From contig MU004192.1 in assembly GCA_010093605.1 (NCBI GenBank), positions 1,351,299-1,385,071 of the forward strand: a DNA stretch of 33,773 nt, read 5' to 3'. Both the position numbers and the translations under genes were made by a program. The notes beneath the pieces were generated by a model. The model had not been told where the DNA came from, did no database searches, and saw nothing but the letters and a program-made list of their open reading frames with translations. How positions within the stretch are numbered: position 1 is the first letter of the stretch; each line of letters starts with the position of its first letter. The stretch is from Lophium mytilinum. Lineage: Eukaryota. Of this stretch, positions 12,801 through 25,100 are shown piece by piece.

Positions 12801-15800
12801 TTAAGAATATCTTTCCTTGCGGCCTTATTCCTACCTACGCTATTACTTGCCGGTGCCATGGCCCCTCTTTACTATGCTGCTTCTTAGTGTTTGCTGGCTT
12901 AATTGCGGGAGAGAGGTATTAGTAAGTACTCTTACCCTTACGCGCTTTGCTAAAATCTCCGCTGCGTCTTTAACTCTTAGGGTAGCTTTAATCTCTTTAG
13001 CGCAACCGCTAAGCTAGTACTATCTTATTACCTCTTGCGCCTCTATCTTCTAGTCTTCTATATAGAGTGTATTATATTAATCCTAGTTAATATAGTTATT
13101 AATAAAAAAATAGATAGGGTCTAGGCTAGAGGTAGCTAGTATAATGTGTGCACTTTAGAGGACTTATAGTAGTAGATAGAATTAATATGCTTCTAGCTTT
13201 TATTAGCAGCAGCTATTATTAAAAGCCTAAGAAGCTACCTCTACTAGGCTATAGACGTAATATGGCTTCCTATTATTAATTAGCGCTAGAAGGCAAATAA
13301 AAACTCTAGAGTATACTGCCTATAGGGTGTCTTTACTCTTTAAAATAGGGTCTATAATAGTTACTATAAATTATAGCTGCCCTACTAACCTTCTATTAGT
13401 AATACTAACGCGCGTCTTTCTATTTTTAGTATAGTCTAAGCTATACTCTTACATCTATAGATAGTTGCGTTACTATTCTTAGTTCTACTACTTAGGGTTG
13501 CACTATAGATTTTCTTTTATAAGGCTTTCTAGGTCCTTACTAGCACCTAATTGCTTCTAATATAAAATACTAGCATAGAACTTAAGCTAGAGGTAGCTAA
13601 CCTAGAATAGATTAGGGTCTAATATATCTAGGCTACTAGGCTTAATATATTAGCCTTAGATCTTGCGCCTCTCTTCTTAAATAAATATAGCGGCGGCAGC
13701 TATAAAGTCTAGCTTCTAGCTTATATTAGCTATATACTTAATACTTACTTTTAGATAGTATACTATTTAGCCTTTATAGGAATTATTATATCTAGGCTAT
13801 TTAAAGTTTAAGATATTAATACTTCCTAATACTATTATCTATCGCATTAGCATATCTCTTATTACTGCTAGTTAAGAATAGTAATATTAGTAGTTTAGTA
13901 TATTATTTATAGCCTGGTTATTTATAAGTCTCTAGTTTAATTAGCAGATCTAGGGTAGAAAGTTCTTATAGTTTATTAACTAATACTATAATTTAACTAG
14001 GTGTTAGTATTTTACTTTACTATTTAAGCTAGTATTATAGCTATTAATGGCGCCAAATTTCTATATAAAATTAATATAGTGCTACATAACATAGAATTTT
14101 AGGTAGTAGAAGGCGTAGTTTCTATTCTTATTCCTAGGTCTAAATATTCTAAATTCTAACTTATATATATTAATTTAAGCTATCACCAGCTCTATATACT
14201 CTAGCATAGCCTTATTATATATCTTATACTACGCTAGAATAGTAAAATTAAGCATTACATAGATAAACCAGAGCGCGTTTAGCGCCTTTACTTCTAGTAG
14301 CAGTGCTACTACTACTATAAGCTAGCAGGCTATAGACTTTTATTTAGAGCTAGTATGCTATAAGAGTTTACTAAAATTCTTCTTATTAAATATAGATAGA
14401 CCCAGGAAAGGCGGCATATTCTTAAATTACTTATCTAGCTAGATTAAGCCGCTCTTATTTTCTATTAGAACACGGGCATCTTTTCTTCTAATTGCTAGGG
14501 TGCAGACCTCCACTACTAGTAGCTAGACCCATTTAATAAGATTATAAATAACACCCATAAATAGTTAGTATAGAATATCTATTATTATTATCTAGTAGAT
14601 ATTAGTATAGGGGTGTTTCTAGGTAAAGTTATTTATAGAATATATATATAACTCTATATTAAGCTCTATAGCCTCTATATTACACAGCACTTTATTTAAT
14701 AGAAGTTTTAAACGCTCTTTATTATTGCGTTACTATTTAATCTAAATAATAGTTAAGCAGTAAGACCTTATAGTATATTTAGTCTCTAGGTCTTTATATT
14801 AATACAATAGTACCTAGCATATAGTATAGTATTTTCTAAATTTAATACCTATAAGTAGGCTCTATTCTTTATAATTAGCTATAATCCCGCATAATACTAG
14901 ATAGCACCTTTAATTCTTACTATCCCCGCATTCTAGTATAATTCTATTAGTAGTATATTCTATAATAGCTTATTTTATATTAGAAAACTACTTAGTATTA
15001 GTAAGAATTTTACTAACGCCTAAGAATATAGCCTAAAGAGCTATAGTATAGCTAATACTTTAGGTAGTCTTCTTTATCTACCGTGCTTAGTATAAAGCCT
15101 AGTAGTAGAGTGCTAGGTAATATATTTAAGCGCCGCGTAGTCCTGTCTAGGTTGCTAATAGTTAGATAGACTAGCTATGCGCTCTTATCGCCGCAATATT
15201 AGGTAAGCTGTGTCTTGTCCGCAGAGAGTAAGATAGGTATTACTATAGCCCCTGCTAGAAGCTTTAACTAAGTCTACTACTACTAGTCTAATATATATAA
15301 CTTAGTGTATACCTGCCGGCCTTCTATATTGCGGACTTAAACTAGTATAAATATAAGGTAATTATAGAAAGGGCGGTATCTAATTAGAAATAATATGGCT
15401 GCCATTATATTAAAGTAGTATACTAGATGCTACTCTCTGCTTAAGCTTTATTTTTTACTTAGGAAATGCAGCATCTCTACTATGTAGTTAGTATTACTAA
15501 CGCTATATCTAATTTCCTCTAGTTTACTATTCTATAAATCGCCTAATATAAATATAAGAGAGTTAGAGAATATGCTCTTAAGATAGATGTTATTAAATAG
15601 CAGGTTAATATTATTCTTAGTGCAGCTAATCTACTAAAGCTATAATATAAAAGCATAGTTAAACGCTAATTAAAATAGATAGAAGAGGGATTAGTCCCTA
15701 TAATAGAGTAACTAGTTAGTAAGCTCTAATGCCGCCTTTACAGGCGGGGGGGATAGCGGTCCCTAATAATACTTATATCTACTATCTAGCATTAGCCTAT

Positions 15801-16294
15801 TTAATAGACGCCCCTGCAGGCATACCTAATTTAGTAGAGGGATATACTTCCTCTTATAGTAATAACGTGGACGATATTATTAGTCGGCCTTATTAGTGCG
15901 GAACGTAGAATTTAGTAGCCTCTAGCGGGTTATTATATATTAAGCTTATAGGGCCTCTATTTATAGAAGGCGGACTCTAGTACTCTTTTAGTTTACTAGA
16001 GATATATAGCTCTATTTTATTTATCTTATACTCTATCTTATTACAGGGGTTAGCTAGTAGAGGTAGACTTACTAGTAGTAATCTAGGCGTTTTAAATAAT
16101 ATCCCGTCTATTATTTAAATAACGCGGAGTATATAAGACTAGATTATAGATCTAGTAGTTCTAGTATTAGTAAGCGGGACCCGCTATAGCATTTTAAGGA
16201 GCTTTTTACAGCACAGTATATATTTATTTAGGGCGCTAAGTATTTAGAATAACTTATAGTAGTGTTTATATTTAGTAGAAGGTATATACTCTAT
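12801..16294 (-). pseudogene. Plavaka-family transposase (RIP pseudogene), copy 2
   Basis: The SADKTQL codons are still intact at 15205..15225. NNYI(D)(W)D(Q)YNTLY lies at 13062..13100. A zinc-finger-like (C)KH(C)xKxFxxLxALNK(H)xLxC lies at about 16207..16275. The intron is at 15698..15776 with its donor RIP-mutated to ATAAGT. Confidence 0.93.
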
Positions 16295-16861
16295 TTCTAG
16301 TTAAATTTAGTTAGCCCTATATAGAAACTTATAGATTGTAAGTAATTATTATAGATTATATTAGATTATAGGCTAGTATACAGCACTTATTATTCTTTAA
16401 TAGTACGCGACGTGTTCTAATAGGGGGCGGGCCATTCTATTAGCCTGGAACCTTAATGTATCTACACATTAAAGACTATAGCTTACTTTTTTAAACCGCG
16501 ACCCTAAAGCCTATATATAATTATTTCTATTATTTCTATATTCTTTATAGCTAGTATAAACCTTTATAGTAGATGTAGTTTTAAGCGCATACTAGTAGTT
16601 ATATCTAGTTTCCCTAGTTCTAATAGTATAGCGTATGTTAAAAGTAAGCATTACCTCTTACTAATTTCTAGTATCTAACTTCCTGCCGCAGTTACTAGCT
16701 ACGGCGAAGAACTCTTAACTCTAGGCGAGTGCTATCTAGGTAACATAGAAGAAGATACTAAGTCTAAGCGCGTTACTCCCTTCTATAAGATAAGCGCTGG
16801 GCGGCGATGCATTACTAGTCTAGTAGAATAGAGTTAATAGGCATCTACTAAGAGTGCTGGC

Positions 16862-17356
16862 GTTATTAAGAAGATAGCCGCTAGGGCAAGTACTAGTTGT
16901 AGGACGGCTGCAAGATAGTAATATTAAATGCGCATTAAGCAGCCTAGGTTAAACTCCGCGTCTCTCTTAGCCGGCGCAAAATTAGATAATAGCTAGGAGG
17001 CGCTAGTTAGGTAGGGAGTTTTATAATATTACTAATTTGGCCGCTTAAGCCTCTTGCACGCGGTAGAATTAGCGGCATATATATTAGCAACGACTGCGCT
17101 TAATAAGAATAAGATAGATAGAGAGTAGACAACTTATAAGAACTAGTAAGTAGTAAGGGTGGAGGACTATCTTCTTGCGGATTATAAGAGTGCTTAAGCC
17201 TTTTTTTAATAGTCTATACCGCGCTATTAGAAGTAGGTTAAGTCCTTTAGCTACTTTTATAATAATACCCCGGTAAAACTCTAGGCCCTATTCTATACTA
17301 GGTTAATAGGGAAGCTAAAGAATTATTAAGCCCTTATTAATAGTGCTAGAAATTAG
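16862..17356 (+). pseudogene. 5'-truncated copy of the hypothetical gene at 32625..33599
   Basis: The frame VIKKxAARAST...ALINSARN* matches the 3' half of the 32625 gene. Its 5' half is replaced by unit U sequence. Confidence 0.7.
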
Positions 17357-17530
17357 GCTAGTAGATATTTAGCCCTAGAAAGATATTAGCTTATAGGCTA
17401 TATATATTACTATCTAGTATTTATATATATAACCTATAGTAAATATAATAATAACTTAGTATTTTAAATTAAGTATATAGGTATAGAAGACTTCTAGATT
17501 ACTAACACCTCTAAATTAGTAGCGGGGATG
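16864..17530. repeat. Direct repeat copy V1 (partner 33107..33773)
   Basis: The offset is a constant 16,243 from tattaagaag to agcggggat, with only transition differences. The partner runs off the window end. Confidence 0.97.
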
Positions 17531-17639
17531 CTGCCTCCCGTTTAAGTTACTGGCGCCTATAACTAGTGCTAGTAGTAACTCTTATACTATAGTCTACCCG
17601 GGCCGCCCGCAGGATGTCTAATTATTTTTAATTATTATT

Positions 17640-17909
17640 AATTATTTCTAATTATAGTGGCCCTCTACTACTTACTATATTTTAGCCGACGCTTTAGCTA
17701 TATAGTTCTACATTCTCTAGCTAAGCTTATCTTTACGCGGATTCTACGGTCCGCAATTATCTTACGCGTTTAAGTTATTACTACTATTACTATCTCTATT
17801 AAGAAGCCTAGCGCAGTTCTTAAGGTCTAGAATAGCCTTATAGATATAATCTAAGATAGTTAGCCGCCGGCGTGTTAATTTATTGTCGCCCAAGTATAGC
17901 GTATAGGTA
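17640..17909 (-). pseudogene. Probable exon of a small hypothetical gene
   Basis: A CTAAC...ACAG acceptor at about 17910..17922 is followed by the frame TYTLYLGDNKLTRRRLTILDYIYKAILDLKNCARLL... Confidence 0.35.
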
Positions 17910-18142
17910 CTGTCTTAGTTAGTATTATTATCTTTACCGGTGTTACACTTAGAGTAGAAGTTATTACTTCTATTATAGCTAAAGGCGGAGTAGTAATAGC
18001 TAACTGCTAGGTAGCTGCTTACTTTATAATAGTTAATAGTGCTATTAGCAATTAGTTCTTAGATAAATATAGTAAAACCTCTAGCTATATAGTAGTCTAT
18101 ATAGAAGGTTAGACTATTAATATAGTAGACTTTAGCGGCGTT

Positions 18143-20150
18143 CTATTTATCCCCCTCCGCACTATCGCCAGCCTTAGCCCGGCCAGCCTTAAACTTGTCT
18201 AGTACCTTAGCGTAGTACCTAAGAATATTCTTAATATTATATTTACTATGCCCTTCTAGTCTACCGGTTATCTTAAAGTTATAAACTTGCTTAACCGCAA
18301 CCTATGCCAACTTAAATAGGAATAGAAACTAGTTAGAGCGGCCTTAGTAGAAAATATTAATAGCGTATAGTCCCTCTAGTAGTGTATAATCCTCTATTAT
18401 TAGAACCTAGTACTAATCTAGATATATATAAAGGGGCTTAGTTGCGTTTATAAAGCCCTCTACTATATTATTTATTATATTTACTACATTTAGCGTTATA
18501 GGTAATACTATAAGTATTTTAGTAGCTATATTATATAACACCTTATAAAACTCCTTATAAGTCTAGGCGTTAACCCGTTTCTATAATAAGTTAACTAGTA
18601 TAGTACGCCGGGCGATGTTTTTATATGCCGTCTAAGTAGCATACCGGCGCTTATTATCTAGACTTCGCTCCTCTATATTAGGAGTAGTAACCTTAAAATA
18701 GAGAATATAATCTAGGTCTATATACTTACTTAGAGTATTAATAGAAGAGTAGGTATAGTAGTTACGCTAGGGTATTAGTAGGTGCTTTATAATTCTAATA
18801 AATAGTAGATTAGTTTAGGTAAGAAGTTTAGCCTTCTATAACTCTAGAAGTGGAGGTATAGTTTATAGTAGGTTTAGAGGCTACTTAAGGCTGTGAAATT
18901 CTCTAGCTTATACTTCTATAAACGCTAACTTCTCTAGAGTATCTAGCGTAGATATAACTAGATGCATCTAGGCGAAACTATCTATTATTATAGCCTTAAA
19001 CTTCTTATTAGTGCAGACGGTGTTAAGCGGAGAGTCTACTTAGCTATAGAATATAATCTAGTATAGCTTATTAGTATATAGTAATCTAAATACTAGAACT
19101 ATAAATATAAGCTATATTTATAAGGCTAGACTTCTATTAGCTAATTCTCTATAGATTATATATAAGATAATAGGTATATACTATTTAGAATATAAATTCT
19201 AAGGTAGACTAATATAAGACTTATGCTTATCTTAGACCCTTGCGTAGTAAATGGCGTCCTATATTAACCTCTTGCGGGGTTCTACTAGCTTAGCGGGGGT
19301 GGCCGGTTGGGTTGGAATAATAGTAAGGAAGATAGGGACCTCCGCTAGCTCTTTACTAGCGGTCGCGTTAGTATTACACCTAATTATCTAGCCTTTAAAT
19401 AAGGGCGGTAGGTGTTCTTCTAGAATCTTAAGAACCTTAAGGGTGCCCTTAATAGTAAGGTTATAGCGGTACTTAGGCTTATTTATAGAGGCTACCTTTT
19501 ATAGTTTACGCATGTCTAGATTAAAATAATAAGAGTAAGTGTACTATTATGCACCCGGTATATTAGTAGGTAGGCTAGAGCGCATCTAAGTAGAGATTCT
19601 AAATTGGCACTTAATTATAACTTGCTTTAGTAGCTCTTAGTCTTATAGCGCCTTAGTAAGCTTTACCGCACAGGTGGCATTAGGTATAGTTATTAGAATA
19701 ATAGTAAGGGCGTAGGCGTCTATTACCTCTATTTAGCCTTCTAAGATTAGAATATTTACTATAGAATTAAGTTAGTATTTAGTATATCTCTAGCGCTTTT
19801 AGAGGTTACTATATTTCTCTTTAAAGGTTACTATAGACTTAGACCTATTAGTAGACTATATTATAGTCTTTTAAGTAGTAAGTATCTTCTTAAGTTCTAC
19901 TTTCTATAGTTTATTTAATTTATTTCTTATAACTAAGATTTCGCGTATACTATATAGAAGATTAAAGAATTAGTTAGCGCCCTTAGAGTAGAGTTAGAAG
20001 AAGGGCTTAGTAGCAACCTCTCTATATATAGATTAGTCTATTAAGTCTAGATACTACCGCGTATAAGCTAGACTTACTACTTAGTCTCTATTTAAAGTAT
20101 ATTAGCCTTTGCTATTCTAGACTATATATTACTATTGGGCCTAATATATT
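18143..20150 (-). pseudogene. Large hypothetical gene (over 500 codons, at least one intron; 5' end approximate)
   Basis: One de-RIPable frame runs from the CTAAC...ATAG acceptor at about 19759 to the stop at 18143..18145, with an upstream exon at about 19810..20050. No family was recognised. Confidence 0.6.
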
Positions 20151-20644
20151 TAAATAGTTAGTTAGTATTAGTATAGGTAGATACGCTTATATTCTAAATA
20201 AAATAGTTAGAGTTAGAGGAGAGGCTGTAATTTAATAGCGAGTAGGTTATTAAAAGAGTTTAGGGCTTTAGTCTAATATGCGCTGGTAGTATATTAGCTA
20301 TTATTATAGAAGGTGTAAGTTACTATAGTAGTAGCTGCCTTCTAGAGGGTTAGAGTTAAGGCTAGTATAATATTGGGCTAATAATTAGATTAGAACTAAG
20401 TACTATTATATCTAGTAAGATATTAGTTACATTAAGAGGCTTTTATCTAAACGCGTATCTAATAGCTAAATTACCTAGTAGAATGCAGGTACTATATAGT
20501 AGTTAATTAGTCCCCTAAATATCTAAGTATTACCCTATTATCTTTCTTATCTACTTCTAACCTGCCTCTACTAATTTTAAGCTATACTTAAGGGTTAGCC
20601 TTATAGTATACTATAATAGGTAAATCTAAGTATTACTAATCTAT

Positions 20645-21079
20645 ATATATTCTAGAGGCGTAGCCTATAAGATATAACTGCATAATTCTACTACTTCTAG
20701 AAAGGCTAAATCTGCAAGGAGAAGCGCGCTAACCCGGTTATTAGAGCGCGAGCTGCAAGAGATAGAGAGAGAGCGGAAACTACTAAGTAGAGCCTCTAGA
20801 AAGCGCTGCCTAGAGCAGCGGAGGGCTATAAGAGAGAGAGATATATAGGCTAGTTAAATGCGGACTATAGTTAGCCTAGCGCTAGCGGGGGTAAGTAAGT
20901 AGATAAGGAGTATAATAAATATATAGGTGGGTAACGCTAGTCTTCCCGGGCAGGTTAAAGTGGGCGTTCTCTATATAGAGGCGGTGTGCGCGCTAGTAGA
21001 GGGGCTAGAGGGTAAGGGTGCTTATTTAGTAAGGGAGGAAGTAGGTAAGTAAGCTATTCCGCGGTATAAGCTAAATTAG
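20645..21079 (+). pseudogene. Small basic/helical hypothetical ORF
   Basis: The frame reads SRKAKSARRSALTRLLERELQEIERERKLLSRASRKRCLEQRRAIRERD, with about 50 codons free of stops. Confidence 0.4.
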
Positions 21080-21639
21080 TAATACTTATAAGAAGAGTAG
21101 ATAGTAAGAAGATATATAAATTAGTACTACTACCTACTAGCTTATAGGGCGCAACTTTAGTAGATAATAAGCTACTATTAGAGGTAGAGAGGCGCGCAGT
21201 AGCTTAGGTAATAATAAGTAGTACAGTACCTTCTTAGGTAGCTGCAGCTAACTTCTCTTTCTATTCTAAGGACCTTAACTTATTAGCTACTAATCTAGTA
21301 GAGCTTACAACGCTAACTTAAATAATAGGGGGGGGCACCTATATATAGAAATTAGCCTTCCTCCCTATATTAACTAACCTAGGTAAGTAGAAGGTAATAT
21401 TAGATAGAAGTTATTGCTAATTTATTAAGTATTACTAAAAGCTAATAGGTATAGATAAATATTAAGGTAGAGGCTAATTATTACTAATTATTAGATAGTG
21501 GAGTTTTTTAAGCTATATAACTCTTTACTTCTATTATATTATAATATAGCCCGTTTACTAATTACATACTTAATTATGCGCCACTTTAAACTTTACCTTC
21601 TATCTAGCCTTTTAATTCTAATTCTTATCTACTATTCTT

Positions 21640-21740
21640 ACCTATCTTTCCTCCCTTATCCTCCTCCTCCTCTATCTCTCTCTTCCCTCTCTCTCTCCTT
21701 CTTCTCCTCCCTCCCTTGTACGCTAACTTCCTTCTCTACG
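21640..21740. repeat. Pyrimidine-rich (CT/CCT) low-complexity tract
   Basis: The sequence cctcctcctcctctatctctctcttccctctctctctccttcttctcctccctccc is directly visible. Confidence 0.8.
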
Positions 21741-22122
21741 CCTTAGGCTTGCCTGCGCTTACTATATTTCTAGTACTACTCTATAAGTACTTCTTTAATA
21801 GACGTTGTACCTATTTAAAAGTATAACTAAGAGTAGCTACTTCTATTACTAGCGCGCGCGGATTTATATATCTTCTACTATAGTTACCTTATTTTTTAAC
21901 GCGCGCGATCCTAAGGTTAATTATACTGCGAGTAGTGTCTACTATTATAACTTTATAGGTAAGTAACTATCTTACTTATTACTTACTATTACTATTTATC
22001 TAATATTATTAGCCTCCCGCCCGCCCTCGCCCGTATTGCCGCACAACGCCATTCCATCTACTAACTCTATCCCCTTCTATCTGCCTTCCTTATACCCTAA
22101 CTCCTTATCTTGTTTGCCCGAC

Positions 22123-25100
22123 ATAGCTAAAGGATTAGGTTAATATACTAGTTGCTAATAACGCCTTCCCAACAATTAAAATAATAAGGAGTTTAACCTA
22201 GATAAATAGTTATTAAGTATAGACTCTAGTTAAGTAGACTATAATAGTAATTTAAAGCTGGACGAGCTAGATAACTACTATAGCCGCCGGCCTCCCTATA
22301 GTAGCCGCTAACGCTCTAGACCTGCTTAGGGGAAGGCTATAATACTTCTAGTAGACCTGCTACATAATACATCTTTATAGAGTAAGGCGGCATCTAATTT
22401 TACTAAGAACTCTAAAGGCTACTTAAGTTAAATAAATATTATAGCCGGCTTAGGTCTAGCTTCTAAGGTATAGCGCTAGATAGAAGCCAACTTATTTATA
22501 CTAATAGAGAACTCTAAAGCGTACCTATAGGTAAAACGTCTCTTATAACTAGGCTAAAATAACTATAGTAAGAATAACGCCTACTTAGATACTTAGTCTA
22601 AAATATATACGCTTTTTATAGATATATAGAGTTGCATATTTAAAAAGTCTTCTATATTAGCTAAGTAGAAGTAAGTATATTAAATATTAATCTAGCATAA
22701 AGTCTATAAGAAATATAAGATGCGGGGTAGTATTATTAAAAGTAATAAGAAGTAGAAGCAGTCTAAGTTAGCCTTGTCCGCGAAGTTAGTTGTATTAGTA
22801 GGCCTTAGCTCTCTAATAAAATCCCTAGATATTGCTGCCTAAAATGCCCTATTTAAGCCCCGGCTGTTGCACGCGGTCCTTACTATAATATACTAGCTGC
22901 CGCAGCGGGAAAGCACTAGACGCCTTTTTACTCTCTATCTTATAAGGTCTAGCAGTAAAGGCCTAGAGCTAGAAGACTATAGCTTTATAAAGTTTCTAGA
23001 AGCTATTAATAGAACTTTTATAGACTTTAACCCTCTTAAGTATATTATTATAGTTAATAGAACCTAGAAGTTAATAGAGAATAACTTCTATCTAACTATG
23101 CTATTAAAGAAAATAAAGAGTATACCTAAAGAGATAGTGCTTAGTTTTATAGTAAAGGGCCTTAATATTAGAAAGGCGATATCTAAACTTAAGACTAGAT
23201 GTATATTAATTATTATTAATTATTAAATATTACTACTAACTAATATATAGCTAGGTCTGCACTTTCTTAAGTTCTCGCCCCCTAGTATCCGCCCGGCCAA
23301 GAAACGCCCCCGCCGCAGTAAGCCTAAGGCTGCCGCGGCTAAGAGTCTACCTAAACCTACCGCCGCTAATACTCTAGATAAAATAATTATTAACTTAACT
23401 ATAAGTCTATATATATATATAGCTAATATAGATAGGGTTAATTCTACCGCGGAGTAGAATAAAGGGGAGAAGTGGAAATAGCTGGCAGATATAGCGAAAG
23501 CAGAGAGAGAAAAGAAAGAGAAAGAGAAGAAGGAGAAAGAGTTGGCGGAGAAAGAGCTGGCGGAGAAAGCGCTAGCAGAGAAAGCGCTGGCAGAAATAGC
23601 AAAAGCAGAGAAAGAAAGAAAGGAGAAAGAGATAAAGGAGAAAGAGATAAAGGAGAGAGAGCTAGCAGATATAGTAATAGCGGAGAAGGCTAAGAAGTAG
23701 ATAGAATAGAAGGAGAGAGAGCTAGCTAAGACCGCAACTAAAGAGAAAGCAAAGAGGTAGAAATAGCTAGAAGAGGCGGCGGAGTAAGAGGAATAAAGAA
23801 AGTAGAAACTACTAGTAGAGAAGAAGGTATAGAAGCTATAAATAGAGAAGAAAGCGTAACTACTTTAATAGATGCTTAATATTATCTAGCTATATACTAA
23901 GTTAATGCGTAATTCTATTTAGCCTAGTATTATCTATAATAAGGTTATATAGTAGCTTAGGGCGCTTAGGCCTAGAACTACTTAGTACCTAACTGCCTAA
24001 AAATAACTCTATGCGCTTATAGTTACTATAAAGAGCGGCTAGACTATCCCTAGTAATATCTAAGTTGCGGGGGATATAGTAATTAGCAGTATTAATATTA
24101 CGGCTACGCTTAAATTTAATATATATAGTCTTAGTAAGACTAGACCCTCTATAGATATAAATAAGATAATTATAGCTAATATAGAGAAGGTAGATGCTAT
24201 TAATATTACTACTATAATAGCTCTAATATTAAGCTCTATAAAGAATATCTTAGTAGCAGTGTTTAAGAAGATGCTATAGTTTTTTAGTTTGCCTTTAATG
24301 TATAGGAATTTTTCTAGTAATGCAACCTTTAAGCTGCTAGGAATAACTACTAACCTAAAGATGCGTGCAGCCCTATACTAGGTGGCCGGGACGTATAGTA
24401 TTATCTAAGGTCTCGCTGGCAGGGCGCGTAGGCTAATTCTTGCAGACCCCTCTAGAATAGGAAAAACTCTATAAATATTAATAGCATTTACTACTTATGC
24501 TAGAGAGGCTAGCACTAATGCTCCGCGTTCTAGTAGTGTTAAAGGCTATATTATTTAGCTTACTAAGAAGAGTCTACTAAATTAGACCTATAAGGAGGTA
24601 AAATACTAGCTAGATATTAAATATAAGAATAAGAATTTTAAGGTCCCTAGTAGAAGACTTTATATCCGGCGTATATATAGAAGCATTATAGAGGGTAACC
24701 TTACTTCTAAAGACTAGAAGAACCTTAGGCCTATCTACTAAGAAATAAATAGTCGGGTGTAGTATAAGCTAAATCTAAAAGCAAAAACCTACCTTATTAT
24801 TACAAGCGCGGAGACCTTTAATAAAAAATGTAATAAGAATTTAAACTTACTAGAGACCTTTATAATATTCTATAACCTATTATATAGTAATAAAGTAACC
24901 CCTATATATATATATAGGGCCGTTTTTTTTAATAAGTTCTACCTAGGATTTAATAATATATCTCTATATATTACGGCTTTTAGCTATATTAAATCTATAC
25001 AGTGTTAGCATACATTCCGCCTAACTACGCGTAAATGGGCAAATATTAACTATACGCTTAATCGGGTTTATTAGGGCTAGGACTTAGAAGGGTTTAATAA

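Larger units (their letters stand above)
1..16864 (-). mobile_element. Tandemly arranged Plavaka (CACTA/EnSpm-like) DNA-transposon unit, 10,364-bp period, about 1.6 copies visible, RIP-inactivated
   Basis: A Plavaka transposase pseudogene is present in both copies, with co-oriented accessory ORFs. Termini, TIRs and TSD could not be identified. Confidence 0.75.
10365..16864. repeat. Direct repeat copy U2 (partner 1..6500), on average less RIP-mutated in its flanks
   Basis: Same alignment as U1. For example, 12849 gccggtgccatgg corresponds to 2485 actagtactatag. Confidence 0.98.

Noticed and set aside
12817..13017. Supplied ORF (+, 66 aa)
   Set aside because: It is the antisense shadow of the Plavaka C-terminal tail in a locally less-RIPed patch.
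21498..21746. Supplied ORF (+, 82 aa, hydrophobic)
   Set aside because: Its L/Y/I/S composition is what RIP plus a CT-rich tract produce. There is no independent support.
23472..23693. Supplied ORF (+, 73 aa, R/E/G-rich)
   Set aside because: It is an off-frame reading of the purine-rich coiled-coil repeats of the SNF2 gene.
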